Positions 8,274-16,981 of a stretch of 64,000 bases of DNA are shown piece after piece. The stretch's first letter is position 1. Each line of letters opens with the position of its first letter. The stretch is from Trueperaceae bacterium. Lineage in GTDB: Bacteria; Deinococcota; Deinococci; Deinococcales; Trueperaceae. The DNA lies in the NCBI GenBank assembly GCA_034521815.1, contig JAXHLW010000001.1, positions 256,001-320,000 on the forward strand. Direction: 5' to 3'. Both the position numbers and the translations under genes were made by a program. The notes below the pieces were generated by a model. It was not told the origin of the DNA, ran no database searches, and was given only the letters and a program-made list of their open reading frames with translations.

Positions 8274-9661
8274 GGCTCGCTCGCATCCGGCAGCCAGCCT
8301 CGCGCGCGCGCGAAGCTGCGCAGCGCCCGCCGGGCGTCGTCGCGGTCGCGAACGTCACCCACCGCGCGAGCTTCCGCCAAGAACGTCAACGCCTCGCCGA
8401 CCCGCGGACCGGGCCCGACGTCCAGGAGCCGCATCACCTCGTCACCGTCCAGCAGCGGCGGCTCGGGAGGCCGCTCCTCGAGCAGCGCCAGGACGCGCGC
8501 CAGCGCCGAGCGGTAGGCACGCCGGGTCCCCGCGCTGGACAGCCGTCCGCGGGCCGACTCGCGGTCGGCGATCATCAGCTCGAGCAGGTCCGGCAGCAGC
8601 GCTCGCCGGCGGTGCACGAAGCGCCTGGCCTCGCGCTCGTTCTTCGGGAGCGGCAGCATGTGCCGGCGGACCAGCTCCGCGGCACGCGCGCCCGTGGCAC
8701 GCTCGTACCGCAGTCGCCGCAACGCACGGCCGGTGATCTGGGCGCCGGCGTCGGCGTGCCCGTAGAAGCGCGTCCGGCCGAGCTCGTCGCGCTCCAGGCA
8801 GGCCGGCTTTCCGACGTCGTGCAGCAGCGTGGCCAGCCGGAGCGGCACGTCGGCGTCCGGAAACCCGGTGGCGAGGCGCTGCAGCGCCTCGAGCTGATGG
8901 CGCAGGACGTCGAGATGGTGGAACCCGCCGTGCTCCAGGCCTTCGCCGGCCACGAGCTCCGGCAGCAGCAGCTCGAGCCAGCCCAGCTCGTGCGCATCCG
9001 TGAGGGCGTCCCCCGGCCTCGCGACGTGCAGGATCAGGGTGAGCTCGTCGCGCATGCGCTCGGCGGCGGGTGTCGCCAGCTCGCCAGCGCGGATCGCGTG
9101 GGCCGCGTCCGCTGCCTGGGCGCGGGTCCCGGGGTCCCACCGCAGGTCCAGCGCCGCCGCGAGGCGGACCCCGCGCAGCCCGCGCAGCGGATCGTCGGTG
9201 AGCGCGCCTGGACCCGCGGCGACCAGGCGTCGGTCGGCCAGGTCGTCCCGCCCGCCCAGCGGATCGATCGGGCCTTCGGGCCCGAGCGCCAGCGCGTTCA
9301 CGGTGAAGTCGCGTCGCGCCAGATCGCGCTCGACCGGTCCGCGCAGCGGGGTGAGGTCGATGGTGCGGTCCCCGGTCACGACGCGCCAATGCCCTCGCAC
9401 CGGATCCAGGGCGAACGCGTGGCCGCCGGTGCGTACGGCCAGCTCGTGCGCCGCGCGCTGGGGATCGTCCACGAGCCAGTCGACGTCCGACCACGGCCGG
9501 CCCAGCAGCGCGTCGCGAAGCGCCCCGCCCACCAGCACGCCGCCGCCTGGACGTGGGCCGAACGACGTCAGCTCCGGCCACGGCCGCAGCGGCTCGGGGC
9601 GGGGACGAAGCATGCGCCGAAGTCGCGCCAGGGGACCGCTTCGTGGTCGTTCGTCGCTCAT
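8270..9661 (-). CDS. class II tRNA nucleotidyltransferase with HD domain (likely CC-adding)
   Basis: LVGGALRDALLG, DVDW, DLARRDFTVNA, DDPLR, LLHDVGK. Confidence 0.88.
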   Translation of the reverse strand: MSDERPRSGPLARLRRMLRPRPEPLRPWPELTSFGPRPGGGVLVGGALRDALLGRPWSDVDWLVDDPQRAAHELAVRTGGHAFALDPVRGHWRVVTGDRTIDLTPLRGPVERDLARRDFTVNALALGPEGPIDPLGGRDDLADRRLVAAGPGALTDDPLRGLRGVRLAAALDLRWDPGTRAQAADAAHAIRAGELATPAAERMRDELTLILHVARPGDALTDAHELGWLELLLPELVAGEGLEHGGFHHLDVLRHQLEALQRLATGFPDADVPLRLATLLHDVGKPACLERDELGRTRFYGHADAGAQITGRALRRLRYERATGARAAELVRRHMLPLPKNEREARRFVHRRRALLPDLLELMIADRESARGRLSSAGTRRAYRSALARVLALLEERPPEPPLLDGDEVMRLLDVGPGPRVGEALTFLAEARAVGDVRDRDDARRALRSFARARGWLPDASEP

Positions 9662-9697
9662 CGCGCTCAGGCTAGCCCAGCGTGGTGGAATGGAGCC

Positions 9698-10312
9698 ATG
9701 ACGGTCCGGATCGGTCTCACCGGGAACATCGGGGCGGGGAAGTCGACCGTGGCACGCCTGCTGGCCCGGCGCGGCGCGGTGGTGATCGACGCCGACGAGC
9801 TGGCGTCTGCGGTCCTCGCTCAGCCGGACACGATCGACGCGATCCGCGAGGCGTTCGGCGACGGGGTCGTCGGCGACGGACGGGTGGACCGCCCGGCGCT
9901 GGCGCGGCGCGTGTTCCAGGACGAGGCGGCTCGCAAGCAGCTCGAAGCGATCGTGCATCCGCGCGTGGCGGAGCTCGACGCGGCACGCGCGAAGGCCGCG
10001 AGCGAGCGTCGTCCGCCCCCGCCGATGATCGTGCACGACGTTCCGCTGCTGTTCGAGGCGGGCTTGGCCGAGGCGATGGACGCCGTCGTCGTCGTCGACG
10101 CGCCGCTCGAGGATCGCATCGAACGGGTCGTCTCCGCCCGCGGCCTCGACGCCGACGAGGTGCGGCGGCGCGACGCGGCGCAATGGCCCGCCGAACGGAA
10201 ACGCGCCCGGGCCGACGTGGTGATCGACAACGACGGCGACCCGCGCCGACTCGAGGCGCGGGTCGCCGAAGCGTGGCCACGATTGCTGGCCGTCGCTCAC
10301 CAATCCAGGTAG
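9698..10312 (+). CDS. coaE: dephospho-CoA kinase
   Basis: IGLTGNIGAGKST, IDAD, LEAIVHP, DVPLLFE. Confidence 0.95.
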   Translation: MTVRIGLTGNIGAGKSTVARLLARRGAVVIDADELASAVLAQPDTIDAIREAFGDGVVGDGRVDRPALARRVFQDEAARKQLEAIVHPRVAELDAARAKAASERRPPPPMIVHDVPLLFEAGLAEAMDAVVVVDAPLEDRIERVVSARGLDADEVRRRDAAQWPAERKRARADVVIDNDGDPRRLEARVAEAWPRLLAVAHQSR

Positions 10313-12087
10313 GTCCTGCTCTCGGTCCTGAGCGTGTCGCCGTCCATGACCGTCGCGCTGCGACTGGTCCCGAGACGCTCGGCGACGAACGCCGACCAGG
10401 CGGTGACGGCCTCGCTGGCCGCGTCCACCGCCTCGAAGTCCAGCGTCGCCGCGCCCCCGAGGCCGGCCAGCATCTGAAGCTGCGTCACCAGCGCGTCCGT
10501 CGATCCTCCCGTCGCCGTAGCGTTGTCCGACACGCTCCACGACAGCGGGTTCGCCGGCAGCTCGGCGGCGGCGTCGATCAGCGCGGCCGGACCGGCCGTG
10601 CCGGACGCTCGCGCCGAGAGCACCGCTTCGGTCGCCTCCGGCGAGCCGGACAGGACCGCCCAGCCGTCGATCACGGCGGCGTCCAGCACCAGCGTCTCGC
10701 TCAGAGTCAGGCGCGTGACGTCGACGCCGGCGACCTCCACCGTGGTCGGAGCGACGACGCCCTGACCGCTGGGGGAGAGGAACCCCGCCAGCGTGGCGCC
10801 CAGCGTGGTGAAGGCGGAGGTGAGGCCTCGGCGCGCCGCGGCGTCGTCGCGGGAGGCGACGAGGAGCACCTGCGCGTCGAAGAGGGGGACGTCGGTCGAG
10901 CCCGCTTCGGGAGCCGTGGGCGCATCGGTCTGGATCTGCACCCAACCGTCGCCCGCCCAGTCCAGCAGCAGCGTGTTCGCGTCCAGACCGATGAGCTGCA
11001 GCGCCTCGCTGGCGCTGGGGACGCCGAGCTCGGCGGCGGAGGCCATGACGTCGTCGAGCCACGCCCACCAGCCGCTCAGGTCGGCGCCGCCCGCGGCCAC
11101 CGACACGGCCGTGTCGGGCGCGTACGCCAGCACCTCCACGCCTGGAGCGACGCCCTGCGTCAGCAGGTCGTAGAGCCGCGTGTCCGGCCCGTCCGCCGCG
11201 GGCGAGCGCAGGCCGGTCCCGGCCAGGCCTGCGTCGTCGGCGCGGAGCACCCCCACGGTCGGTCCGGCGGTCCGGAGCGCGGCACGGACCCGCTCGAGGA
11301 CGGCGCCCGCCCCGTACGAGCCGGCCAGCGGCGCCAGGCCGCGCAGGAGCGGCTCGGCGTCCAGCAGCCCCATGACCTGGCCCGGACCGAGGTCGCGCAG
11401 CGCGGCGTACGTCGGGGTGTCCGCCAGGGTCGGATCGCTGCCGCCGGCGTCGGCGCGGAGCACGAACCGCACGATCTCGGGATCGGTCGAGAGGACCAGC
11501 AGGCCACCCGTCTGCGCGTAGGCGACCGGAACGCCCAGCAGGTCGTCGTCGCTCACGTCCGGCACGTACGTGTAGAAGGTCGATCCCGCCTCGCTGCGCT
11601 GCTCGACGCCTTCGCGCCCTGCCGCGTCGGCGATGGCCTGGGCGAACGCGTCGCGGCCCGCATCGCTGGGGCGGGCGATCAGCGTCAGCGCCGGGAGAGG
11701 GCTGAACGGCGAGGCCGACACCGCGAGCCACGCCTCCTGGCCGACGAGGTCCAGCGGTCCGAGCCCGGCCAGCGCCGCGGGCACGTCGGGCATGCCGCCT
11801 TCGTCCAGGGCGACGTCCGCGTCGTCGGGCAGGACGGCGCTCAGCGAGGCGATCAGGTCGAGGCGCTCGGCTTCGTCCAGGAACGGTTTCAGTCGTTCGG
11901 TCTCGCTCTCGAGATCGTTCAAGCCGACGGCCAGCGCCACGTCGGCGGGCAGAAGCTGGGGCAGCGACTGCGCCGCGACGGGCGCGACCAGCAGCCACGA
12001 CGCCGCCAGGACGAGCGCGGCGCGCAGCCAGACCGATCGTGTCTCGGGGTGTCGGGGGGCGGGCGAGACGGTTCTGGGTTTCGTCAT
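10297..12087 (-). CDS. large secreted hypothetical protein (possibly DUF3352-like)
   Basis: Signal peptide ...[10 protein letters not shown]; leaderless TACGCT-N6-ATG start. Confidence 0.7.
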   Translation of the reverse strand: MTKPRTVSPAPRHPETRSVWLRAALVLAASWLLVAPVAAQSLPQLLPADVALAVGLNDLESETERLKPFLDEAERLDLIASLSAVLPDDADVALDEGGMPDVPAALAGLGPLDLVGQEAWLAVSASPFSPLPALTLIARPSDAGRDAFAQAIADAAGREGVEQRSEAGSTFYTYVPDVSDDDLLGVPVAYAQTGGLLVLSTDPEIVRFVLRADAGGSDPTLADTPTYAALRDLGPGQVMGLLDAEPLLRGLAPLAGSYGAGAVLERVRAALRTAGPTVGVLRADDAGLAGTGLRSPAADGPDTRLYDLLTQGVAPGVEVLAYAPDTAVSVAAGGADLSGWWAWLDDVMASAAELGVPSASEALQLIGLDANTLLLDWAGDGWVQIQTDAPTAPEAGSTDVPLFDAQVLLVASRDDAAARRGLTSAFTTLGATLAGFLSPSGQGVVAPTTVEVAGVDVTRLTLSETLVLDAAVIDGWAVLSGSPEATEAVLSARASGTAGPAALIDAAAELPANPLSWSVSDNATATGGSTDALVTQLQMLAGLGGAATLDFEAVDAASEAVTAWSAFVAERLGTSRSATVMDGDTLRTESRTYLDW

Positions 12088-12151
12088 GGCACGAGCGTAC
12101 CCGGTGCGCCCCCGAGGTCCAAAGCGATCGTCACCCGCGCCCGCGCTCTGC

Positions 12152-14156
12152 TCAGTCGCTCAGCAACGCTCGCGCCCGGGCCACGACGTTGTCGACGTTG
12201 AAGCCGTACTCGTCCAGAACGCGCCCGCCCGGTGCGGACTCGCCGTAGCGGTCGACCCCGATCACGTCGCCATGGTCGCCGATCCATTCGTGCCAGCCCA
12301 GCGACGCGGCGGCCTCCACGGCCAGGCGCGCGGGCACGCCGGGGGGAATCACCTCGCGCCGGTACGCTTCGCCCTGGTCGCGGAACCGCTCCCAGCTGGG
12401 CATCGACACGACGCGGGTGGGAACGCCGTCCGCCTCGAGCACGTCGCGCGCGCCCGAAGCAGAGGGACACCTCGGACCCGGACGCGAGCAGGATCAGCCG
12501 CGGCGCGTCGCCGGACGCCTCGGCCTGGACGTAGGCGCCGCGGGCGACGGCGTTCGCGGGCACGTCCAGATGGGGCACGCCCTGACGGGTGAGGATCAGC
12601 GCGGTCGGTCCGTCGCGGCGCGCCAGCGCCTCGCGCCACGCCTGCGCGGTCTCGTTCGCGTCGGCCGGGCGGACGACCTGCAGGTTCGGGATCGCCCGCA
12701 GGGAGGGAAGGTGCGCCTCGGGCTGGTGCGTGGGCCCGTCGCCACCCAGCCCGATCGAGTCGTGCGTGAAGACGTACACGACCGGCTGGCCCATCAGCGC
12801 CGAGAGCCGCAGCGCCGGCCGCAGGTAGTCGGAGAACACCAGGAACGTCCCCACGAACGGTCGGACGCCGCCGTGCACCGCGAGCCCGTTGGCGGCGGCC
12901 GCCATGGCGTGCTCGCGGATCCCGAAGTGGAGGATCCGTCCCGCGTAGTCGCCGGCCCGCATCGAGCGCGCGTCGTCGATGTCGGTGTAGTTCGAGCCGG
13001 CCAGGTCGGCCGATCCGCCGATCAGCTCGGGCATGCGCTGGGCGAAGTGGTTCAGGACCTTCTGGGAGGCTTTGCGGGTCGCCAGCTCGTCGTCCCCGCC
13101 GAACGTGGGCAGCGGATCGTCGAAGGCGTCCGGCAGCGTGCCGTCCATTCGCCGAGCCAGCTCGGAAGCGGCATCCGGGTGCTCGTCGGCGTAGCCCGTC
13201 CACAGCTCGTTCCAGGCCGCTCGCGCCTCGGCGCCCGCTGCGCGGACCTCCGAGGCGTCCTCGAGCACGTCGTCGGGGACCGTGAAGGCCGGCCAGTCGA
13301 TGTCCAGCGCCCGCTTCGTCGCCGCCGCCTCCTCCTCGCCCAGGACCGAGCCGTGGATCTTGGAGCTTCCCGCGAGGTGCGGGCTTCCGTAGCCGATCGT
13401 GGTGCGGACGGCGATCAGGCTGGGCCGCTCGGTGTCGGCCCGGGCGGTCGTGATCGCCTGCAGGACGGCGTCGGGATCGGAGCCGTCCTCGACGCGCTGG
13501 ACGTGCCAGCCGTACGCTTCGTAGCGTTGCAGGACGTCCTCGCTGAAGGTGATGTCGGTCGGACCGTCGATGCTGATGTGGTTGTCGTCGTAGAGCACGG
13601 TGAGCTTGCCGAGCTTCAGGTGGCCGGCCAACGACGACGCCTCGGAGGTGACGCCCTCCATGATGTCGCCGTCCGAGGCGATCACCCAGGTGCGGTGATC
13701 CACCACCTCGAAGCCGGGCCGGTTGAAGCGCGCAGCGAGGTGCGCCTCGGCCAGCGCCATGCCGACGGCCGTCGCGAGTCCCTGACCCAGCGGGCCCGTC
13801 GTCGTCTCGATGCCGGGCGTGAGTCCGACCTCGGGATGCCCGGGCGTGCGGCTCTTCCACTGCCGGTAGGCGCGCAGATCGTCCATCGTCACGCCGTAGC
13901 CGGTCAGGTGAAGCAGCGAGTACTGAAGCATCGAGCCGTGGCCGGCCGACTGGACGTAGCGGTCGCGGTTCCACCAGGTCGGATCCGAAGGGTCGTGGCG
14001 CATGGCGTGGCGGTACAGCGCCCAGCCCATCGGGGCCGCACCCATCGGCATGCCGGGGTGTCCGTCGCCGGACGCTTGCGTGGCGTCGATCGTGAGTGCA
14101 CGGATGACGTTGGCGGCGCGCAGGTCGCGTTGACGCTCGTCGGGGGATCGGTTCAT
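12152..14156 (-). CDS. tkt: transketolase (frameshift at ~12453-12455)
   Basis: [39 protein letters not shown]; the C-terminal RVVSMPSW...[10 protein letters not shown] is in the next frame (ORF 12152-12442). Confidence 0.93.
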
Positions 14157-14283
14157 CGAGGTGCCTCCGTCGGGGTTCGTGGCTCCCGGGTTCGTGGTCC
14201 TGGGATCCGCGCCTCTGGCGCGGATCGAGGTGGTCCGAGTCGCGGATCACCATAGCAGGGGCGAGCCTCGTGCCGCGCAGCGT

Positions 14284-14763
14284 TCACCCGTCGCGTCGTC
14301 GCTGCAGGATCGCCTCGCGGACCTTGCGGCCGATCTCGTAATGGCGTCGCTCCATCTCCGACTCGACCCGCAACCTCGGAACCGTGGCGGGGCGACGATC
14401 GTCGCCGATCGCGACGAAGTTGAGGTGCCCCACGGTCGTGAGCGAGCGACGCCCGCTGGTGGGATGCTCGGAGTGGACCTCGCTGCGGACGATCATGCTG
14501 GTGTCGCCCACCCAGGCGACCCGGCTGCGGACCTCGAGGATGTCGCCGACGTGAACCGGATTGCGGAAGTCCACCGGCTCGGTCGAGGCGGTCACGGCGA
14601 TCCGTCTGCAGAAACGGTTGCAGGCGATCGACGCGTTGACGTCCATCAGCTCGAGAACGTGCCCGCCGAACAGCGTGCCGAGAGGGTTGGCGTGGTGGGG
14701 GAACACGGCGTCGACGGTGGTCACCCACTCGCTGGCTCGGGTCTCGCCGGGGTCGATCGGCAT
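14284..14763 (-). CDS. acyl-CoA thioesterase (hotdog fold, YciA-like)
   Basis: ANPLGTLFGGHVLELMD, VDFRNPVHVGD, FVAIGD. Confidence 0.9.
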   Translation of the reverse strand: MPIDPGETRASEWVTTVDAVFPHHANPLGTLFGGHVLELMDVNASIACNRFCRRIAVTASTEPVDFRNPVHVGDILEVRSRVAWVGDTSMIVRSEVHSEHPTSGRRSLTTVGHLNFVAIGDDRRPATVPRLRVESEMERRHYEIGRKVREAILQRRRDG

Positions 14764-14827
14764 GCATCGAGAATAGCCCGGTCGGCTGCTATGCTCGCGG
14801 GAGCCCAGGTTCCATGGAGGTTCTCTC

Positions 14828-15430
14828 ATGGCGTATCGATCCCAAGCTTCCGCCGCCGCACCGTTGGCGACGCGTCTCGTTCCCATCCGCAGCGTGGCGC
14901 TGCGAACCGCTGTTCAGCTGATCGTTGGCGTGGCGTTCCTGGCCGCGCTGGCGCAGGTGCGCATCGTGGTGGGGCCGGTGCCGATCACCGGCCAGACGCT
15001 GGGCGTGCTGCTCATCGGCGCGAGCTACGGCGCCACGCTGGGCGTCGCGACGGTCGGGGCGTACCTGCTGGCGGGCGGTCTCGGCCTGGCCGTGTTCACC
15101 GGGGGCGGCGCCGGCTGGGAGGTCCTGAGCGGACCGACCGCGGGCTACCTGCTCGGCTTCCCGGTCGCCGCCGCGGTGGTGGGCGCCCTGGCCCGCAGGG
15201 GATGGGACCGACGCCCGTGGAGCGCCGCCGCGGCGATGGTGGCGGGGAACGTCGTGATCTACGGGTTCGGACTGGCGTGGCTGGCCCGCTTCGCGCCGGA
15301 CGCGGCGACGACGCTCGCCTGGGGTCTCTGGCCGTTCGTTCCAGGTGACCTGATCAAGATCGTGCTCGCAGCGGGTCTGCTGCCGCTGGCCTGGCGTCTG
15401 CTGGGCAGACGCGACGACCGGCGCGGGTGA
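14828..15430 (+). CDS. bioY: biotin transporter S-component
   Basis: PVPITGQTLGV, GPTAGYLLGF, PFVPGDLIK; SD GGAGG. Confidence 0.92.
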   Translation: MAYRSQASAAAPLATRLVPIRSVALRTAVQLIVGVAFLAALAQVRIVVGPVPITGQTLGVLLIGASYGATLGVATVGAYLLAGGLGLAVFTGGGAGWEVLSGPTAGYLLGFPVAAAVVGALARRGWDRRPWSAAAAMVAGNVVIYGFGLAWLARFAPDAATTLAWGLWPFVPGDLIKIVLAAGLLPLAWRLLGRRDDRRG

Positions 15431-15455
15431 GTCGGCCGGGCGCGGGGACGACGCC

Positions 15456-16631
15456 GTGAGCTGGGAGCGGCGATTCGCTCGGCGCACGGCGCGGATGCGA
15501 CCGTCCGCGATCCGCGAGATCCTGAAGCTGACGCAGCGCAGCGACGTGATCTCGCTGGCGGGCGGGCTGCCCGCCGGCGAGATGTTCCCGGTCGAGGAGG
15601 TCGCCCAGGCGGCCGCCCGCGCGATGGCGTCGAACGGCGTGCGCGCGCTTCAGTACGGGCCGACGGACGGCCTTCCCGAGCTGCGCGACTGGGTCGCGGC
15701 GTCGCTGCCCGGAGCCGACGCGGACCGCGTCGTCGTCACCTCCGGCTCGCAGCAGGGGCTCGACCTTCTCGCCAAGGTGTTGATCGACCCGGGCGACGCG
15801 GTCGCGCTGGGCGCCCCGTCGTACATGGGGGCGTTGCGGGCGTTCGATGCGTACGAGCCCGCCTACCTCACGGTCGAGCTGGACGACGACGGCATGGTTC
15901 CCGCGTCGCTCGAGGATGTGCTCGCCCAGGGTCCGAAGTTCGTGTACGTGATTCCCGACTTCGACAACCCGCTGGGCCGGCGCATGTCGCTGTCGCGGCG
16001 CCGTGCGCTGCTCGAGATCGCGGACCGCCACGACGTGCTCGTGGTCGAGGACGCGCCCTACCGGGAGCTCCGTTTCGACGACACGGTGCTGCCCAGCCTG
16101 TTCGAGCTCGCGCCCGATCGGGTCGTGCACGCAGGAACGCTGTCGAAGACCTTGGCGCCCGGGCTGAGGCTGGCGTGGCTGATCATGCCCGCTCCGCTGG
16201 CGCAGGTCGTGGAGCGCGCCAAGCAGGCGGCCGATCTGCACACGGGAACGTTCGCGCAGTCCGTGGCGATGGAGCTGCTCTCGTCGGGCGCGCTCGAGGC
16301 GCGTCTCCCGCGCCTTCGGGCGCACTACCGCAATCAGCGGGACGCGCTGGCGGACGCGCTCGAGCGAGAGCTGGACGGGGAGCTGCGGTTCTCGCGCCCG
16401 CCCGGGGGCATGTTCCTCTGGGCCGAGCTTCCCCGCGGCGTCGACGCGAGCGAGCTGCTCCCCGTCGCCGTCGAGCACGGCGTCGCGTTCGTGCCGGGCG
16501 AGCCGTTCTTCGCGAACGGCGGCCCGAAGAACACGGTGCGGCTGAGCTACTCGCTCCCCGCCCCCGCCACGCTGGCGACCGCCGCGGCGCGACTGGCGGC
16601 GGCGCTGGCGGCGCACCGGCAGCTCGCTTGA
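15456..16631 (+). CDS. lysN: PLP aminotransferase, 2-aminoadipate transaminase-like
   Basis: SAIREILKLT...ISLAGGLP, TSGSQQGLDL, GTLSKTLAPGLR, GGMFLW. Confidence 0.75.
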   Translation: MSWERRFARRTARMRPSAIREILKLTQRSDVISLAGGLPAGEMFPVEEVAQAAARAMASNGVRALQYGPTDGLPELRDWVAASLPGADADRVVVTSGSQQGLDLLAKVLIDPGDAVALGAPSYMGALRAFDAYEPAYLTVELDDDGMVPASLEDVLAQGPKFVYVIPDFDNPLGRRMSLSRRRALLEIADRHDVLVVEDAPYRELRFDDTVLPSLFELAPDRVVHAGTLSKTLAPGLRLAWLIMPAPLAQVVERAKQAADLHTGTFAQSVAMELLSSGALEARLPRLRAHYRNQRDALADALERELDGELRFSRPPGGMFLWAELPRGVDASELLPVAVEHGVAFVPGEPFFANGGPKNTVRLSYSLPAPATLATAAARLAAALAAHRQLA

Positions 16632-16707
16632 CCTGACTCGCCCCACCCGAGGCGTCCGTGGTGTCGAGCGCGCGGGCGGCGCGGAGCAGGGACGGCGAGG
16701 AAGAGCC

Positions 16708-16743
16708 AAGGAAACGCCCCCGAGCCTCGTAGGCTCGGGGGCG
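16708..16743 (-). terminator. intrinsic terminator (minus strand; may also stop lysN)
   Basis: Perfect 13-bp stem CGCCCCCGAGCCT/AGGCTCGGGGGCG; TTTCCTT follows on the minus strand. Confidence 0.8.
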
Positions 16744-16808
16744 CGGTGCACCGCCGTGGACTGAGGGGCCTAGGATGGCCACCGGCGTCCGGAAGGCGGA
16801 CCCTGGGG

Positions 16809-16859
16809 CTACCCTCGGCGGGCACCTCCACTGGTCGTTCGACGTTTGTCGTGTATCAA
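16809..16859 (-). CDS. putative 16-aa peptide MIHDKRRTTSGGARRG (TTG start)
   Basis: Extended SD GAAAGGAGGTG with 5 nt between GGAGG and TTG; TAG at 16809-16811. Confidence 0.4.
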   Translation of the reverse strand: MIHDKRRTTSGGARRG

Positions 16860-16981
16860 GACCACCTCCTTTCCGTGGTACGCGAAGTGTACCCAAGCGG
16901 CGCGGGCGCGGGGTGTGGTGTCGCGCACCGCCTTACGACACATCGGTGCGGGCCCCGAACGGGACGGCTATGCTCTAGGCC

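Larger units (their letters stand above)
16708..16879 (-). ncRNA. putative ~170-nt small RNA carrying a micro-ORF
   Basis: -10 TACACT at 16886-16891 (minus), 5' hairpin ACCAC/GTGGT, strong terminator, no conventional gene inside. Confidence 0.55.

Noticed and set aside
9662-11998. Long N-terminal extension of the nucleotidyltransferase (1242-aa ORF)
   Set aside because: Overlaps coaE and the secreted-protein gene; a leaderless start TAGCCT-N7-ATG exists at 9661
16758-16800. Hammerhead ribozyme core
   Set aside because: CTGAGGG is not CUGANGA and no correctly placed GAAA follows
16781-16805. SRP RNA-like GTCCGGAAGG
   Set aside because: Lacks the flanking CAGG and AGCAG elements of SRP domain IV; promoter and terminator point to the opposite strand
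16861-16874. 16S rRNA 3'-end fragment (CACCTCCTTTC)
   Set aside because: Only the anti-SD complement is present, with no other rRNA sequence; better read as a minus-strand SD
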